A DNA stretch of 37,150 nucleotides from Lutibacter sp. (GCA_004195315.1 SDWL01000001.1:1-37150); one strand, 5' to 3'. Positions 10,601 to 19,648 are shown, counted from the first letter of the stretch. Numbers and translations are program-made. Notes: generated from the sequence alone by a model not told the origin.

Positions 10601-10732
10601 TTTACCAGTAGCCTTTAGTTTTTGCTGAGATAGTACTAATGTATCAATAGCCTTTTTAGTCGTTTCAGCAGCCTTTAAAAAAGCCTGAGTGTTAATATTT
10701 AATTCTGCTACTGTGATTCTTTGGACTGCCAT
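7649..10732 (-). CDS. tail tape measure protein
   Basis: 1027 aa, Ala-rich and helical; TP901-type core (AERLGSTT...LARLGFT...DIMSLATAKSALN...FGKRA) and GFADGG motif. Confidence 0.9.
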   Translation of the reverse strand: MAVQRITVAELNINTQAFLKAAETTKKAIDTLVLSQQKLKATGKENTQEFVKNEVQLKKLRSEFNQQKTAIIAMETPYAKLSRTLIIARTNAKNLAVEFGINSRQAKAARVEVNKLDSQLKRVDSSVGQNQRSVGKYSDALKGMASGFLGATALIFGFIRGFKEAFNIVKDFEKSNATLAGVLQINTNEMADLRNEAERLGSTTVKTAKQVTDLQIAFARLGFTQEEIIDLTEATINGSIAMNSELSATATLTGAMVNSFDNLATSDAPEILDIMSLATAKSALNFEKLEKGLPIVAGAANAAGIDFTTLTALLGKLSDSGIDTSTSATALRNIFIESAAQGLSYSEIIEKIKGSQDKLTASNDEFGKRAAVSATVLANNIDATKELDIALQGAAGTAERMAAKELNTLDGSLKLLTSAWQGFILSIESGTGFFGGAVRGLIDFTSSLLGAITPAQDLSTQFFDLQNNINDLESDINPLLTRYDELESKTIKSKDEQTELNKIINQISKDIPSAVTEFDKYGVALGISTEAARAFVDEQKNILKIKNKEAIEDETDAIESLNSKFNTHALSLEKQNGKFVEISFTYTKLGNAIKNVRNLTDDEITSRVNARAAISQEIDTRTAIIAQLEGEKTAKEKLAEVDAATIVPIVPTGGETAEEKAARLKREKKASEEQREQEKKDLATFEQDKIDLLNEIEIKKAETQLEKDTLKAEQKLEKDLLELEELQITEDKKNEQEILINEEHRLELEEIQLNHDTIANEIKAKKDAQDKKDADKKRKEEVKLQKQFNKEDLALDKVVADAKKGVSSALQGALGKILGDGLASRILSIILGAKAEIAAVNISTAASQARNLAAANAVGFPANLGTIPLAITQNIGLGAKAKIATAKIITAAAISAATSAFNEGGQVPHSKSGTITSGTNIPTSMRNSGGDDVLIQAKKGEVILNDELQQRAGGHAFFSSIGVPGFADGGVVDAPSSITAPIQQNSQINDQFDLLAQKINDIKIVAIESDITDAQINQVDIVSGANI

Positions 10733-10735
10733 AAT

Positions 10736-11164
10736 CTAAACTTCTGTTATAGTTAAATCCCCTATTTCAAATTTAGGTGTATCTGTATTGCTTATTGTTA
10801 TTGAGGAAACTAAACCGCTACCTATTAAATCACCCCCTGTTAACGCTGTTCTAACTCCAAAATGAGTTATTGTAGAACTCCCACCTGTAGCAATTGGAAA
10901 TGTAATTATACTTGCGTTTGTTGCTGTATTATCGCTAACTGTAAACCCTACAACACTCCTAGCTATAGAACGCCTTGCATAACTTATATATGTAGACTCT
11001 GTCCCAACATCTGCTATTGTCGGGTCGCTTTCATATAAAGCTATATAAAAATTTCCAGCAACTGTTGAGCCTCTTAATCCTGTTGCATCTCCTATGTTTG
11101 ATCCGTTAACATTTTGAAATGTTAATTTTAAATACGCTGTTCTATGTAAGCTACTTCTACCCAT
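10736..11164 (-). CDS. small tail/fibre-associated protein
   Basis: YIALYESDPT...SYARRSI...ITFPIATGG...ITHFGV...GGDLI pattern typical of phage tail proteins. Confidence 0.65.
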   Translation of the reverse strand: MGRSSLHRTAYLKLTFQNVNGSNIGDATGLRGSTVAGNFYIALYESDPTIADVGTESTYISYARRSIARSVVGFTVSDNTATNASIITFPIATGGSSTITHFGVRTALTGGDLIGSGLVSSITISNTDTPKFEIGDLTITEV

Positions 11165-11176
11165 TTTATTATTTAT

Positions 11177-13336
11177 TTATATTATACAATCTTGTTTTGA
11201 AATTACTCTACCATTATTTAAAATTTCTATATATGATAATCCGTTAAGCTTATAAAATAAAGCACCACCAATTTTTACAATTGACCCTGCTGCATCTTCA
11301 AAAATAATATCATTTAATGAAGGTAGCGCACTTGTTCCGTTATGCCAAAACGTAGTATTTGCGATTTGACCGCAAACTAAAAACTCTGATATTCCTGGGT
11401 CTGACATTTCAAATTCTGTAAATGTTTGCTCTCTTAAAGTTGCAGAATATAGTGATGAACCACTATAAGAACCTGTCATACTACCAAACTCTAACTTACT
11501 TAAAGTAGCAGCATATGTAGAAGCTCCGTTATAATTACCAATCATTGAGGTGGTGACAATTGCACTTATATTAACCTCTATTAATTCTGCTGTTGTTGTT
11601 TTATTATTTTTAAAGTTGGATATCTTATTTAAGTAATAATATTTACCAGTCTGTTTAAAATATTTTAATTTAAAAAAGTCTAAATTATAAATATCAATTA
11701 GAGATAGGTTTAACTTTAATTTTATAGTCTTATAATTATCTAATATTAATGACAACTCACTATAATAAGCTGACAATTCATCATTATAATTAGTAAAGTT
11801 TAACAAGCCTACTTCACCACCAAAAGATGATATTGAATCATCTAAATCGCTGAACTTATATAATATTGTATCTACTACTTTTAATATTTTATACACTCTT
11901 AACCCATCATTCTCTACTGGTGTTATAACTTCATCTTTAAGCTCCCAATGATTATGTATATAATACTTGTTATTAGTTAATACAGACGCTTTAAATATTG
12001 AATTTACTACTGTTTTAGTGTTGGTTAAATTAATATTATCTATTGTTATTGCAGCATCTCCAAAATCGTCATCGCTATCATCATAATTATACCTAAAATA
12101 ATTATTCTGTGCATAACTGGAAACATAGCTTTCATTTGAAAAATCAGAGTATTTATCAGTCCAATCTTCACTTATACTATTACTACCATATAAATCTTTA
12201 GATTTTATAAATTCAAACTCGTTTTTATTTCTTGTTTTCCTGAATATTAAACTAAACCTTTGCATTACATCCTTTACAAAGTCAATTCTTTTAGTTTTAC
12301 CTATTAACTCATTAAAATCAATAGGAATCCAAACATCAAGAAAATAAATAACTTTAAAAGTATTTAGTGTGAAATCTATTAAATAATCAGGAGTGTTAAA
12401 TTCTGCTGTTATCTGTACGTGAACACTTATAACATCATTATCTTCGAACTTAATAGTTTCCGTTATATCATAAGCACCGTTTATAATAGGAATAGACGCT
12501 AAAATGCTTGTACTATTCTTTTTTATTTTAAGTATAACATTTTCTCCATATGATAAATTAAGAACACCAGACAAATCAACTTCGTGTACTCCTGTATCTA
12601 TAGCTGTCCAACTACTAATCTCATATTCCTTTATCGTTGGAGTTAAATATGTATCGTCACGCGTTATTATTGAGCTAGTGCTGCCTCTAAAATCCCTATC
12701 TGTTTGGGCTTCCCTATTATAACCTTTACACATTGAAATAACACGACTATTAAAATCAGATTCAGAGAATACATCACCGATTACAGTATATCCCTCTTGC
12801 TCAAATATCATACTAAATAGAGTATGTACAAAGAATGAAGGAGTAATTAAGTCTAAGTTAAAGACATTCGTGCTAGCAAACTCATAATATCTACTGAAAG
12901 CATAGATATAACCATCTGTATTACTTAACGAATTGAAAAATAATACCTCTCTTAAATCGTGATTATATGCAGAAAAATCTAACGTGTTTAATACTTTATC
13001 ACCTAATAAATCAGTCATTGATATATTACCATCATAAATAACTAAATTGTAATAAAAGTTCGTGTTTTTTATAACACCCTTACCGTCTGAAATTAATTCA
13101 ATACCATCAATAATATATTTAACTTTTACGCTTCCATACTGCAACCTTGTTTTAGTTCCTGTTATTCCTAAAAACTCCATTACTCTTATATTATTTGGAG
13201 TCTTAGCTATCTTAATATTATTAGAATAGTTAGCCTGTCTATCTTTTACCTCTGCTAAATCATTAATTTGTAATGTTCTAGATATTGAGTTACTAGGTAA
13301 TTCTATTCGTATGTTATTTATATATAATTTACCCAT
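11177..13336 (-). CDS. tail tip/hub protein
   Basis: 719 aa; TLQINDLAEVKDRQANYS...P.TPNN N-terminus and LDFFKLKYFKQ...YYLNKI segment resemble Bacteroidota siphovirus tail proteins. Confidence 0.7.
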   Translation of the reverse strand: MGKLYINNIRIELPSNSISRTLQINDLAEVKDRQANYSNNIKIAKTPNNIRVMEFLGITGTKTRLQYGSVKVKYIIDGIELISDGKGVIKNTNFYYNLVIYDGNISMTDLLGDKVLNTLDFSAYNHDLREVLFFNSLSNTDGYIYAFSRYYEFASTNVFNLDLITPSFFVHTLFSMIFEQEGYTVIGDVFSESDFNSRVISMCKGYNREAQTDRDFRGSTSSIITRDDTYLTPTIKEYEISSWTAIDTGVHEVDLSGVLNLSYGENVILKIKKNSTSILASIPIINGAYDITETIKFEDNDVISVHVQITAEFNTPDYLIDFTLNTFKVIYFLDVWIPIDFNELIGKTKRIDFVKDVMQRFSLIFRKTRNKNEFEFIKSKDLYGSNSISEDWTDKYSDFSNESYVSSYAQNNYFRYNYDDSDDDFGDAAITIDNINLTNTKTVVNSIFKASVLTNNKYYIHNHWELKDEVITPVENDGLRVYKILKVVDTILYKFSDLDDSISSFGGEVGLLNFTNYNDELSAYYSELSLILDNYKTIKLKLNLSLIDIYNLDFFKLKYFKQTGKYYYLNKISNFKNNKTTTAELIEVNISAIVTTSMIGNYNGASTYAATLSKLEFGSMTGSYSGSSLYSATLREQTFTEFEMSDPGISEFLVCGQIANTTFWHNGTSALPSLNDIIFEDAAGSIVKIGGALFYKLNGLSYIEILNNGRVISKQDCII

Positions 13337-14490
13337 TAAACCTGAGTGTATTGGTTAATCTCAATAGTTAATTTAAAATCAATAAATTCTCTTTTAGTAT
13401 TTAGTATAATTTGAGATGCGCTCTTAATTTTGACAGTCTGCCAACTATCAACTGTTACGGCATCACCATAACCACCGTTGTACATTTCAATTCTAGGGCT
13501 TACTAATATATCTTTAATCTGTAGCATCTCATCATTGCTTAAATTACTCCCTAGTAACTCCCTAGTATTCGTTGCTGTTCTCCCTAGTATTAACTCAGTC
13601 GCATACGTGTTATCAATACTTTCAAAATCTACATTAAAACTATCTAATGTTTTGACAGTTGTCTTTTCTTTGTGTATTGGATTGAATAGCCAATAACTCC
13701 AACTCCCTTTATTGTTGAACCACTTTAAATAAGTACCCCCACAATTAATATCTTCTAATTTAATAGTTAAATTTTCTGTTGTAGTTCCTATTATTGTAAT
13801 ATTATTATAACCAACATTTAAAATATTACCACTTACAGAAGTTATCCAACAAGGATTATTCTCATAAGTACCACCATCAGCAATAACCCTATCTTCAAAT
13901 ACAACACGTTCATCAACTGTAGATAATGAACTATCACCTAATGACAAGAAAATCCTATCTGTATTTGTTGATACACTTGTTAAATCAACAAATAAACTTG
14001 TATTTGTTATTGTTATATTGCCATCTGAATAATGACCAATATCAAATGGGTAGCCTTTAAAAGCGGTAAGTATATTAGGTGTTAGTATTTGTTGTTCACT
14101 TAATAATCTATTACTAACGTTCGCTATTTGCTCAACAGATTTTATAAATACATAAGTTTCTGCTATTTGTTCTGTTGATGTATCTGAAAATGTGATTGTG
14201 TAGGTGACTAAAAAACTACCATTTAAACTGTTGTCTACTTCTAAATTTGTAGTAGGCAGTATTTCATCTTTAAAATTATTAGTGTTAATTAAAGCACTTA
14301 TAACTTCTCTATAATTAAATTCAAAAACATTATTTATTGGTGTTATTTCAAATGGTAATGTTAATCCGGGTATATCTACTGAACACTTAACAGAATCGAG
14401 TACGTTATCCGAACTAAATTGAACAACATTATTATTATAAGCGTTTAACAATTTTAATGTTGATATTGATTTTGAAAAAGTTATAGCCAT
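13336..14490 (-). CDS. distal tail-like protein
   Basis: YLKWFNNKGSWSYWLF and ILVSPRIEMY motifs; adjacent to the hub gene. Confidence 0.65.
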   Translation of the reverse strand: MAITFSKSISTLKLLNAYNNNVVQFSSDNVLDSVKCSVDIPGLTLPFEITPINNVFEFNYREVISALINTNNFKDEILPTTNLEVDNSLNGSFLVTYTITFSDTSTEQIAETYVFIKSVEQIANVSNRLLSEQQILTPNILTAFKGYPFDIGHYSDGNITITNTSLFVDLTSVSTNTDRIFLSLGDSSLSTVDERVVFEDRVIADGGTYENNPCWITSVSGNILNVGYNNITIIGTTTENLTIKLEDINCGGTYLKWFNNKGSWSYWLFNPIHKEKTTVKTLDSFNVDFESIDNTYATELILGRTATNTRELLGSNLSNDEMLQIKDILVSPRIEMYNGGYGDAVTVDSWQTVKIKSASQIILNTKREFIDFKLTIEINQYTQV

Positions 14491-14492
14491 AT

Positions 14493-14762
14493 TTAATTGT
14501 GGTTAGGTGTTTTTGGGAACACTTCAAAATTATCCCATTCTTTCGGTGGTGTATTTTTGAACCATACATTAACATTAAATGTTTCCCCTTTTTTAATTAA
14601 AATACTTTCAGATGTTTCTTCATCGTATTCATATTTGTCTTCAAATCCAATTACAACTATCCCATCAATTAGGTTTGATGTTGTTTGTCCTTCTTTTAAT
14701 TCTAAAGTATTTATTAATTCTTTAGCTTTTATTTCTGTTGGGAAACTATATCTATGTATCAT
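14493..14762 (-). CDS. hypothetical protein, 89 aa (possible fibre chaperone)
   Basis: follows the fibre gene; C-terminal FEVFPKTPNH. Confidence 0.65.
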   Translation of the reverse strand: MIHRYSFPTEIKAKELINTLELKEGQTTSNLIDGIVVIGFEDKYEYDEETSESILIKKGETFNVNVWFKNTPPKEWDNFEVFPKTPNHN

Positions 14763-14764
14763 AA

Positions 14765-15676
14765 TTAATTCATTATTATTTTATTAATGTTACCAAATGG
14801 AGCTGTATAAGTTGGAGGTATAACAGTTATAGGTGGTTGGTCTACGTTATCAATAGTTTCAATAATTTCAGTTACTCCTACTGGTGGCGCTACTGTTACA
14901 ACATCTGCTAACCTTGTAACTGTTGTGCCTTGTGTTGGTATGTAACTTGAATCGTCTGGTGCTAATTTTGCTCCCCAAATATATAAGCCTTTTGTTATAT
15001 CACCTATATATACAGAATTCCCATCAGTATTTGCAACGTGTAACCTTACAAACCCAACGGTGGCACTACTTGTGGCCCTAACTACCGAACATTTATACCA
15101 ACCATTTACGAGTTCTATTGTAGAAACAGCCCCCCCCCCCCCTAGTGTTACGCCTAAAACGCCATTAGAAATATCAAAGAATGATTGCGAATTAAATCCA
15201 CCCATATCTATTTGTATATTGATGAAATCCCGCCCTAATCCGCTTTTTGCATATATTACAAAAGTATAATCTTGACCACTTATCGGTGTTATTAAGACGC
15301 TTTGAACTCTATGAACATTATTATCAATTGTCTCCATTAAAGCGTCTGCATTAACAATTCCGCTTGGAGAGCTTATAACATCTGAATTAACCGTGACAAA
15401 TAATTTAGTCCATGAATTAAATACCTCGCTCCATGTCATTAAATTAGTAGATTGTGGTTCATTTAACAACACCCCACAACCACCATCTGTAAAATCTATC
15501 CTAGGTACATTAGGTTCTGCGTATTTTATAATCCCATTACTATCTACATAACTTCTAATTCCTGATGCTGTAGGGTTTGATACTGTGAAGTCGCCTGAGC
15601 CATCCGTTGGTAATTGGCTATATAATTTAGTAGCTTTAATTCCACTAGGGAACATTTGTAAAATTGGTATTGCCAT
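14765..15676 (-). CDS. fibre/spike protein with a carbohydrate-binding-like domain
   Basis: NVPRIDF...LLNEPQSTNL...NGWYKCSV...LYIWGAKL...SSYIPTQGTTVTRLAD signature of phage spike/fibre domains. Confidence 0.7.
   Translation of the reverse strand: MAIPILQMFPSGIKATKLYSQLPTDGSGDFTVSNPTASGIRSYVDSNGIIKYAEPNVPRIDFTDGGCGVLLNEPQSTNLMTWSEVFNSWTKLFVTVNSDVISSPSGIVNADALMETIDNNVHRVQSVLITPISGQDYTFVIYAKSGLGRDFINIQIDMGGFNSQSFFDISNGVLGVTLGGGGAVSTIELVNGWYKCSVVRATSSATVGFVRLHVANTDGNSVYIGDITKGLYIWGAKLAPDDSSYIPTQGTTVTRLADVVTVAPPVGVTEIIETIDNVDQPPITVIPPTYTAPFGNINKIIMN
15130..15142. repeat. C13 (G13 on the coding strand) homopolymer
   Basis: 13 consecutive C, encoding LGGGGA in the fibre gene. Confidence 0.9.
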
Positions 15677-15677
15677 A

Positions 15678-16130
15678 TTATTTGTTTATTAATCTTAAAT
15701 CTTGTTGTAATCTCGTTACTAATGTTAGCGTCAAACTTACACCAACCTTGTCTATTATCCTTTGTATTCTCGATGTTGTTACTACCTTAGAAATCAAACC
15801 AACACCTCCATAACCTTGCCTATTCCATCCTTCTTTATGAATCTTACGAGTAATAAGAAACGCTAACGTACTATTATCGCTATCATTCTTAATGTTACTA
15901 ACAATACCTTTATCTCTAATCCATTGCTTAATGTCATCAATTAACTTACCGCCACCCTTAGAACCTCCTGAGTTTGTTTTACCCCTACCATATTCTAACT
16001 GCTCAAATACTGAACTACCTACTAACTTAACATTATCTTTATTAACTTGAACTTCCAAACTATCAGCAGTCTTACCAGATGCCCTCATTCCTAAGCTGTC
16101 ATACTCTCTTATTAAGTCATTCTTTAACAA
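15678..16130 (-). CDS. putative tail completion/neck protein; frame is open upstream to ATA at 16169
   Basis: RASGKTADSL...LEYGR...IKQWIRDKGI...LAFLITRKIHKEG. Confidence 0.65.
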   Translation of the reverse strand: MLKNDLIREYDSLGMRASGKTADSLEVQVNKDNVKLVGSSVFEQLEYGRGKTNSGGSKGGGKLIDDIKQWIRDKGIVSNIKNDSDNSTLAFLITRKIHKEGWNRQGYGGVGLISKVVTTSRIQRIIDKVGVSLTLTLVTRLQQDLRLINK

Positions 16131-16165
16131 CTCAAACTCACTATCTAATATTTCGTTTGTTGTTG

Positions 16166-16606
16166 CTATAGCGTTACAATTGAATAGGTTACTATTACGC
16201 CATCGCCATTAAAATCTCCAGCGTTTATTGTGTCAATGATTGACCAATTTGTTATTTGATAATTACTACATCCTATTAAATCTTCTAATTTTTGTAACTG
16301 TATTTCAAGTAACGGTTTAATACTACATTCGTATTTACCAGCACTTGAATCAACTGATAATTGGTTATGATAAACTTTATCTATATCTGACTTAACTAAT
16401 AACATAAACGAGCCGTTAAATGTAACCTCACCATCACCTCCGAATGGTGATTTAGCTTTTAATCGTGTAACAGGGTCAAGCAATAAATACACCCTATCAG
16501 CATCTAAGTCACTAACTAATAAATTATTATTAGATACATTACCATAACTAAAAGACCACTTTAACGTGTCGCAATGATCCTCCAAAACTTTTACTAAATC
16601 TACCAT
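16166..16606 (-). CDS. putative tail terminator protein
   Basis: 146 aa next to the neck-like gene; call based on size and context only. Confidence 0.5.
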   Translation of the reverse strand: MVDLVKVLEDHCDTLKWSFSYGNVSNNNLLVSDLDADRVYLLLDPVTRLKAKSPFGGDGEVTFNGSFMLLVKSDIDKVYHNQLSVDSSAGKYECSIKPLLEIQLQKLEDLIGCSNYQITNWSIIDTINAGDFNGDGVIVTYSIVTL

Positions 16607-16607
16607 A

Positions 16608-17162
16608 TTACTTTAATTGCGCGTACTCTCTCTGTACATCGTTATTTAATTTATTAGCTAACAGAATAGGAAATACTGTTGTGTACTTCCATTTTCCTAT
16701 TTCATCAGGTGACGTGTTGAACTGTTCGGCTAAACGCATCTTTGTTAGTAAATGGCTTACTACCTTTAATTTCTCACCAGCATTTACCCGCATCATTTTA
16801 GGATCAGGAATACCAGACAACACCTTACTCTCAGTATTAATTAATTTAATAATATAATCGTTGATATATTTCTTAGTCCTAAACAAATCAAATATAGAAG
16901 TGTTATAAAATTCAACGTTGGCATTAACATCGTAACTACCTAACTTAAACAATTGTATATATAAGTCTTTTATATTATCTATCGTAGCGTTATTCAATAT
17001 ACCTTGAACAATCTTTACATCATCAAATGTAAACTTAGTAACATCAAACCTTTTACCGTTAAATACGTTATTAGGTGTTAGAGTATCAACAAATATATCA
17101 TACTCTGAACTGTCTAATAATTCAAAATATTCTTTAATTGATATGTTTTCTATACTATACAT
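16608..17162 (-). CDS. hypothetical protein, 184 aa (possible tail assembly chaperone)
   Basis: LAEQFNTSPDEIGKWKY resembles the C-termini of tail chaperones; weak. Confidence 0.6.
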   Translation of the reverse strand: MYSIENISIKEYFELLDSSEYDIFVDTLTPNNVFNGKRFDVTKFTFDDVKIVQGILNNATIDNIKDLYIQLFKLGSYDVNANVEFYNTSIFDLFRTKKYINDYIIKLINTESKVLSGIPDPKMMRVNAGEKLKVVSHLLTKMRLAEQFNTSPDEIGKWKYTTVFPILLANKLNNDVQREYAQLK

Positions 17163-17334
17163 TTGGATAGTTAAATATTATATTATCATAATCGAACAAA
17201 TCAATCATATCTTTACACCATTGTAGGTTTTTACTCTTATGTACGTATGTTGATATATTATTACTGTAATTACAATAATAAATACTATCCTTATGGTTAG
17301 TTTCTTCTATTGTCCAACCTTTATAATTTATCAT
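17155..17334 (-). CDS. hypothetical protein, 59 aa
   Basis: ATGA overlap with the terL stop; hand translation MINYKGWTIEETNHKDSIYYCNYSNN... Confidence 0.55.
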   Translation of the reverse strand: MINYKGWTIEETNHKDSIYYCNYSNNISTYVHKSKNLQWCKDMIDLFDYDNIIFNYPNV

Positions 17335-18695
17335 ACAATTGCTCTTATAAATCCTTTATTATTGTTTATTAAATTCCTCTCTATTGAGTATGACGTCAAA
17401 TCTATATGCTCATCGTGTTTAGCATTTGGAAATGTAGCAACTTGTTTTAAAAACGCATCATTCCAATTACCCCTAACTAATTTAACTCTGCCCCCTTCAA
17501 TGTAAGGACTTGAACTCCTAGCCCTTTCAATCTTACTAACCTTTACAAATTCAGTCTGTAACTCCTTAACATTTAATCTCGTTTCTTTTTTTAATAACTG
17601 AGCTAATGACTTACCAGATGCTTTAGGTTCTAATAATATTAGTCTTACATTTAATCCAGTAGCATCAATATGTGGCTTTATAAAATCTCTTAGTTCTGGC
17701 ATCTCTAAATACTTGTCTATGCTTGACCAAATATATAAGTCATTCTTATAACTTCCTGATATTTGTATTCCAGTAGGATCATTTAATGTTACCTTTGTAT
17801 ACGCACCATCAATATACAATTCCCATTTAACATTGTTAGGCACTTCAGATTTATCAACTATTTCAAACCAAGCCTTTCTCCATTCACCTCCTTCATCTGG
17901 TGCTGGGGTCTGCATATATTGACCAGCGAATGTATAACGATCCGCTTGTCTAATCTGTTCTAATTCTTCAAATGTATGTTTATCCTCCCATAATGGTTGC
18001 TTATTGTCATCTAAAGCTGGTAAATTCAAGTGATACCAATCTTCACCAGAACCACCATCTAAAAGAAACCCACTCAGATCATCCTCATGTAACCTTTGCA
18101 TAATAATTATGATAGGCGTATCCCTATCATTTACCCTTGAACGTATTGTATTGTTATATCTATTATTAACAGCTTTGCGTTTAACATCGCTAAACGCATC
18201 ATCAGGTTTTAATGGATCATCAATTATAATAGCACCTCCAAAATCACTAAAACTATTATCCTTCCTTATATCAGGTAATCCAGCACCGAAACCAGTTATA
18301 GCACCACCAGCAGCAGTAGCATACAAACCCCCACCATCTTCTGTGAACCATTTCTTTTTACCTTGGGCATCTTTCTTCAGGTCCATACCCCATAACGACT
18401 GAAAAGCTTCACTTTGCATATACTCTTTAGCTTGACTTGAATTATCTAATGCTAAATCATCTGAATAAGATAGGTGTATAAACTTTGCTTGTGGGTTGTT
18501 GGCTAATCCCCACGGTATAAACATTTTTACAGCTATTTCAGTCTTTCCATATCTAGGGGGTATGTTAATTATTAGCCTTTTTATTTCACCTCTCGCTACC
18601 TTTTCTAATGTCTCAGTAATAGCAACAAAATGAGGAGCGACTTTAAAAGCCCTCCTTGTGTTTTCTTTAAACATATACCGAGTAAAGAAAAGCAA
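17331..18695 (-). CDS. terL: terminase large subunit
   Basis: Walker A NIPPRYGKT, Walker B IIIDDP, IIMQRLHEDD, GQYMQTP and C-terminal FPNAKHDEHID nuclease motif. Confidence 0.95.
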   Translation of the reverse strand: MLFFTRYMFKENTRRAFKVAPHFVAITETLEKVARGEIKRLIINIPPRYGKTEIAVKMFIPWGLANNPQAKFIHLSYSDDLALDNSSQAKEYMQSEAFQSLWGMDLKKDAQGKKKWFTEDGGGLYATAAGGAITGFGAGLPDIRKDNSFSDFGGAIIIDDPLKPDDAFSDVKRKAVNNRYNNTIRSRVNDRDTPIIIIMQRLHEDDLSGFLLDGGSGEDWYHLNLPALDDNKQPLWEDKHTFEELEQIRQADRYTFAGQYMQTPAPDEGGEWRKAWFEIVDKSEVPNNVKWELYIDGAYTKVTLNDPTGIQISGSYKNDLYIWSSIDKYLEMPELRDFIKPHIDATGLNVRLILLEPKASGKSLAQLLKKETRLNVKELQTEFVKVSKIERARSSSPYIEGGRVKLVRGNWNDAFLKQVATFPNAKHDEHIDLTSYSIERNLINNNKGFIRAIV

Positions 18696-18715
18696 ACTGT
18701 TTTCACATTTGTATT

Positions 18716-19033
18716 TTAGTACTCTGTCTCTAATGCTTTATTTAACATTTTAACCTCCTCTTCTGATAATTTACCAGCTTCAAAGTTTCTGTTAATATTT
18801 TCTATTACTTCTTTAGGTTTACCAAATCTGTACTCCATATACAATTTAAGAGCGTTAAAGTTTCCGTCTTTTATTAGATCTTTAAGCTTCTCTATTACAT
18901 CATCCTGATTAATTATATTATCAAGCTTCTCAATTAAACGCAACTCATCCGCTTTTGGTTTACGCCCAGCGTTTTCTCTTACACCTCCGTTATCTTTTCT
19001 TTTATCCATAATTGAAATAGATTGTTTAATCAA
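18716..19033 (-). CDS. terS: terminase small subunit (probable)
   Basis: NGGVRENAGRKPK and YRFGKPKE motifs, directly upstream of terL. Confidence 0.75.
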   Translation of the reverse strand: MIKQSISIMDKRKDNGGVRENAGRKPKADELRLIEKLDNIINQDDVIEKLKDLIKDGNFNALKLYMEYRFGKPKEVIENINRNFEAGKLSEEEVKMLNKALETEY

Positions 19034-19254
19034 TCCTTTAACTCTCTTTTTATATCCCTTTCATAGCAAAATATAGCATCATCGCATAAGTCTTCAACTT
19101 GTCCGTTATACGTGCTAATAAGTCTCCATTCATACGTTTTAGTCTCATTCATACTATCAGTTTGCGAAACTGTTACATACAATGTAGGCTCTATATATTC
19201 AGTTGAAATAATATACTCATCTTCCATATATGTATCTTTACCTATCGCTATCAT
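19030..19254 (-). CDS. hypothetical protein, 74 aa
   Basis: ATGA overlap with terS. Confidence 0.65.
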   Translation of the reverse strand: MIAIGKDTYMEDEYIISTEYIEPTLYVTVSQTDSMNETKTYEWRLISTYNGQVEDLCDDAIFCYERDIKRELKD

Positions 19255-19268
19255 ATTTATTTATTTTA

Positions 19269-19465
19269 AAAAGTTCTTTGCCTAAATTTCAGTAGGATAT
19301 TAAATTACATCATTTGATTATTTGGGATGCGACCACAGAATTTAATACATATACAATAAACACAACTGCTGATACAGTTTACAGATGAACAGCACCATAG
19401 CTATTGTATGGTTAGGCTCTGCGATAGCAAATTAGTCTGTATTTACCTTCAATCAAAGAACTTTT
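19269..19465 (-). ncRNA. candidate structured non-coding RNA or leader
   Basis: closed by a 12-bp perfect inverted repeat AAAAGTTCTTTG/CAAAGAACTTTT; several internal stems; no ORF of 60 aa or more. Confidence 0.45.
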
Positions 19466-19618
19466 ATTTATATTTCAAACCTACCTTTCAATCTTCGGGT
19501 ATCTATTGTGCCCTATGAAAGATAGGAAAACTATGAAAACGCTAACATACGAAATATAAATGAATAAAACAAACTTTTTATTAGTTATTTTTAAAAATAA
19601 ATTATTTTATTATTTTAG

Positions 19619-19648
19619 TTGTTTATTTAAAAAAGATTTATATATTTG
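19619..19648 (+). promoter_or_regulatory. Bacteroidota primary-sigma promoter (early operon)
   Basis: TTG (19619-21), 19-nt spacer, TATATTTG (19641-48) fits the -33/-7 TTG-N19-TAnnTTTG consensus. Confidence 0.8.

Noticed and set aside
3065-18402. Plus-strand ORFs 3065, 5090, 5752, 8208, 8778, 9939, 12504, 13478, 14497, 15060, 17293, 18109
   Set aside because: Antisense shadows of well-supported structural genes, with no recognisable motifs
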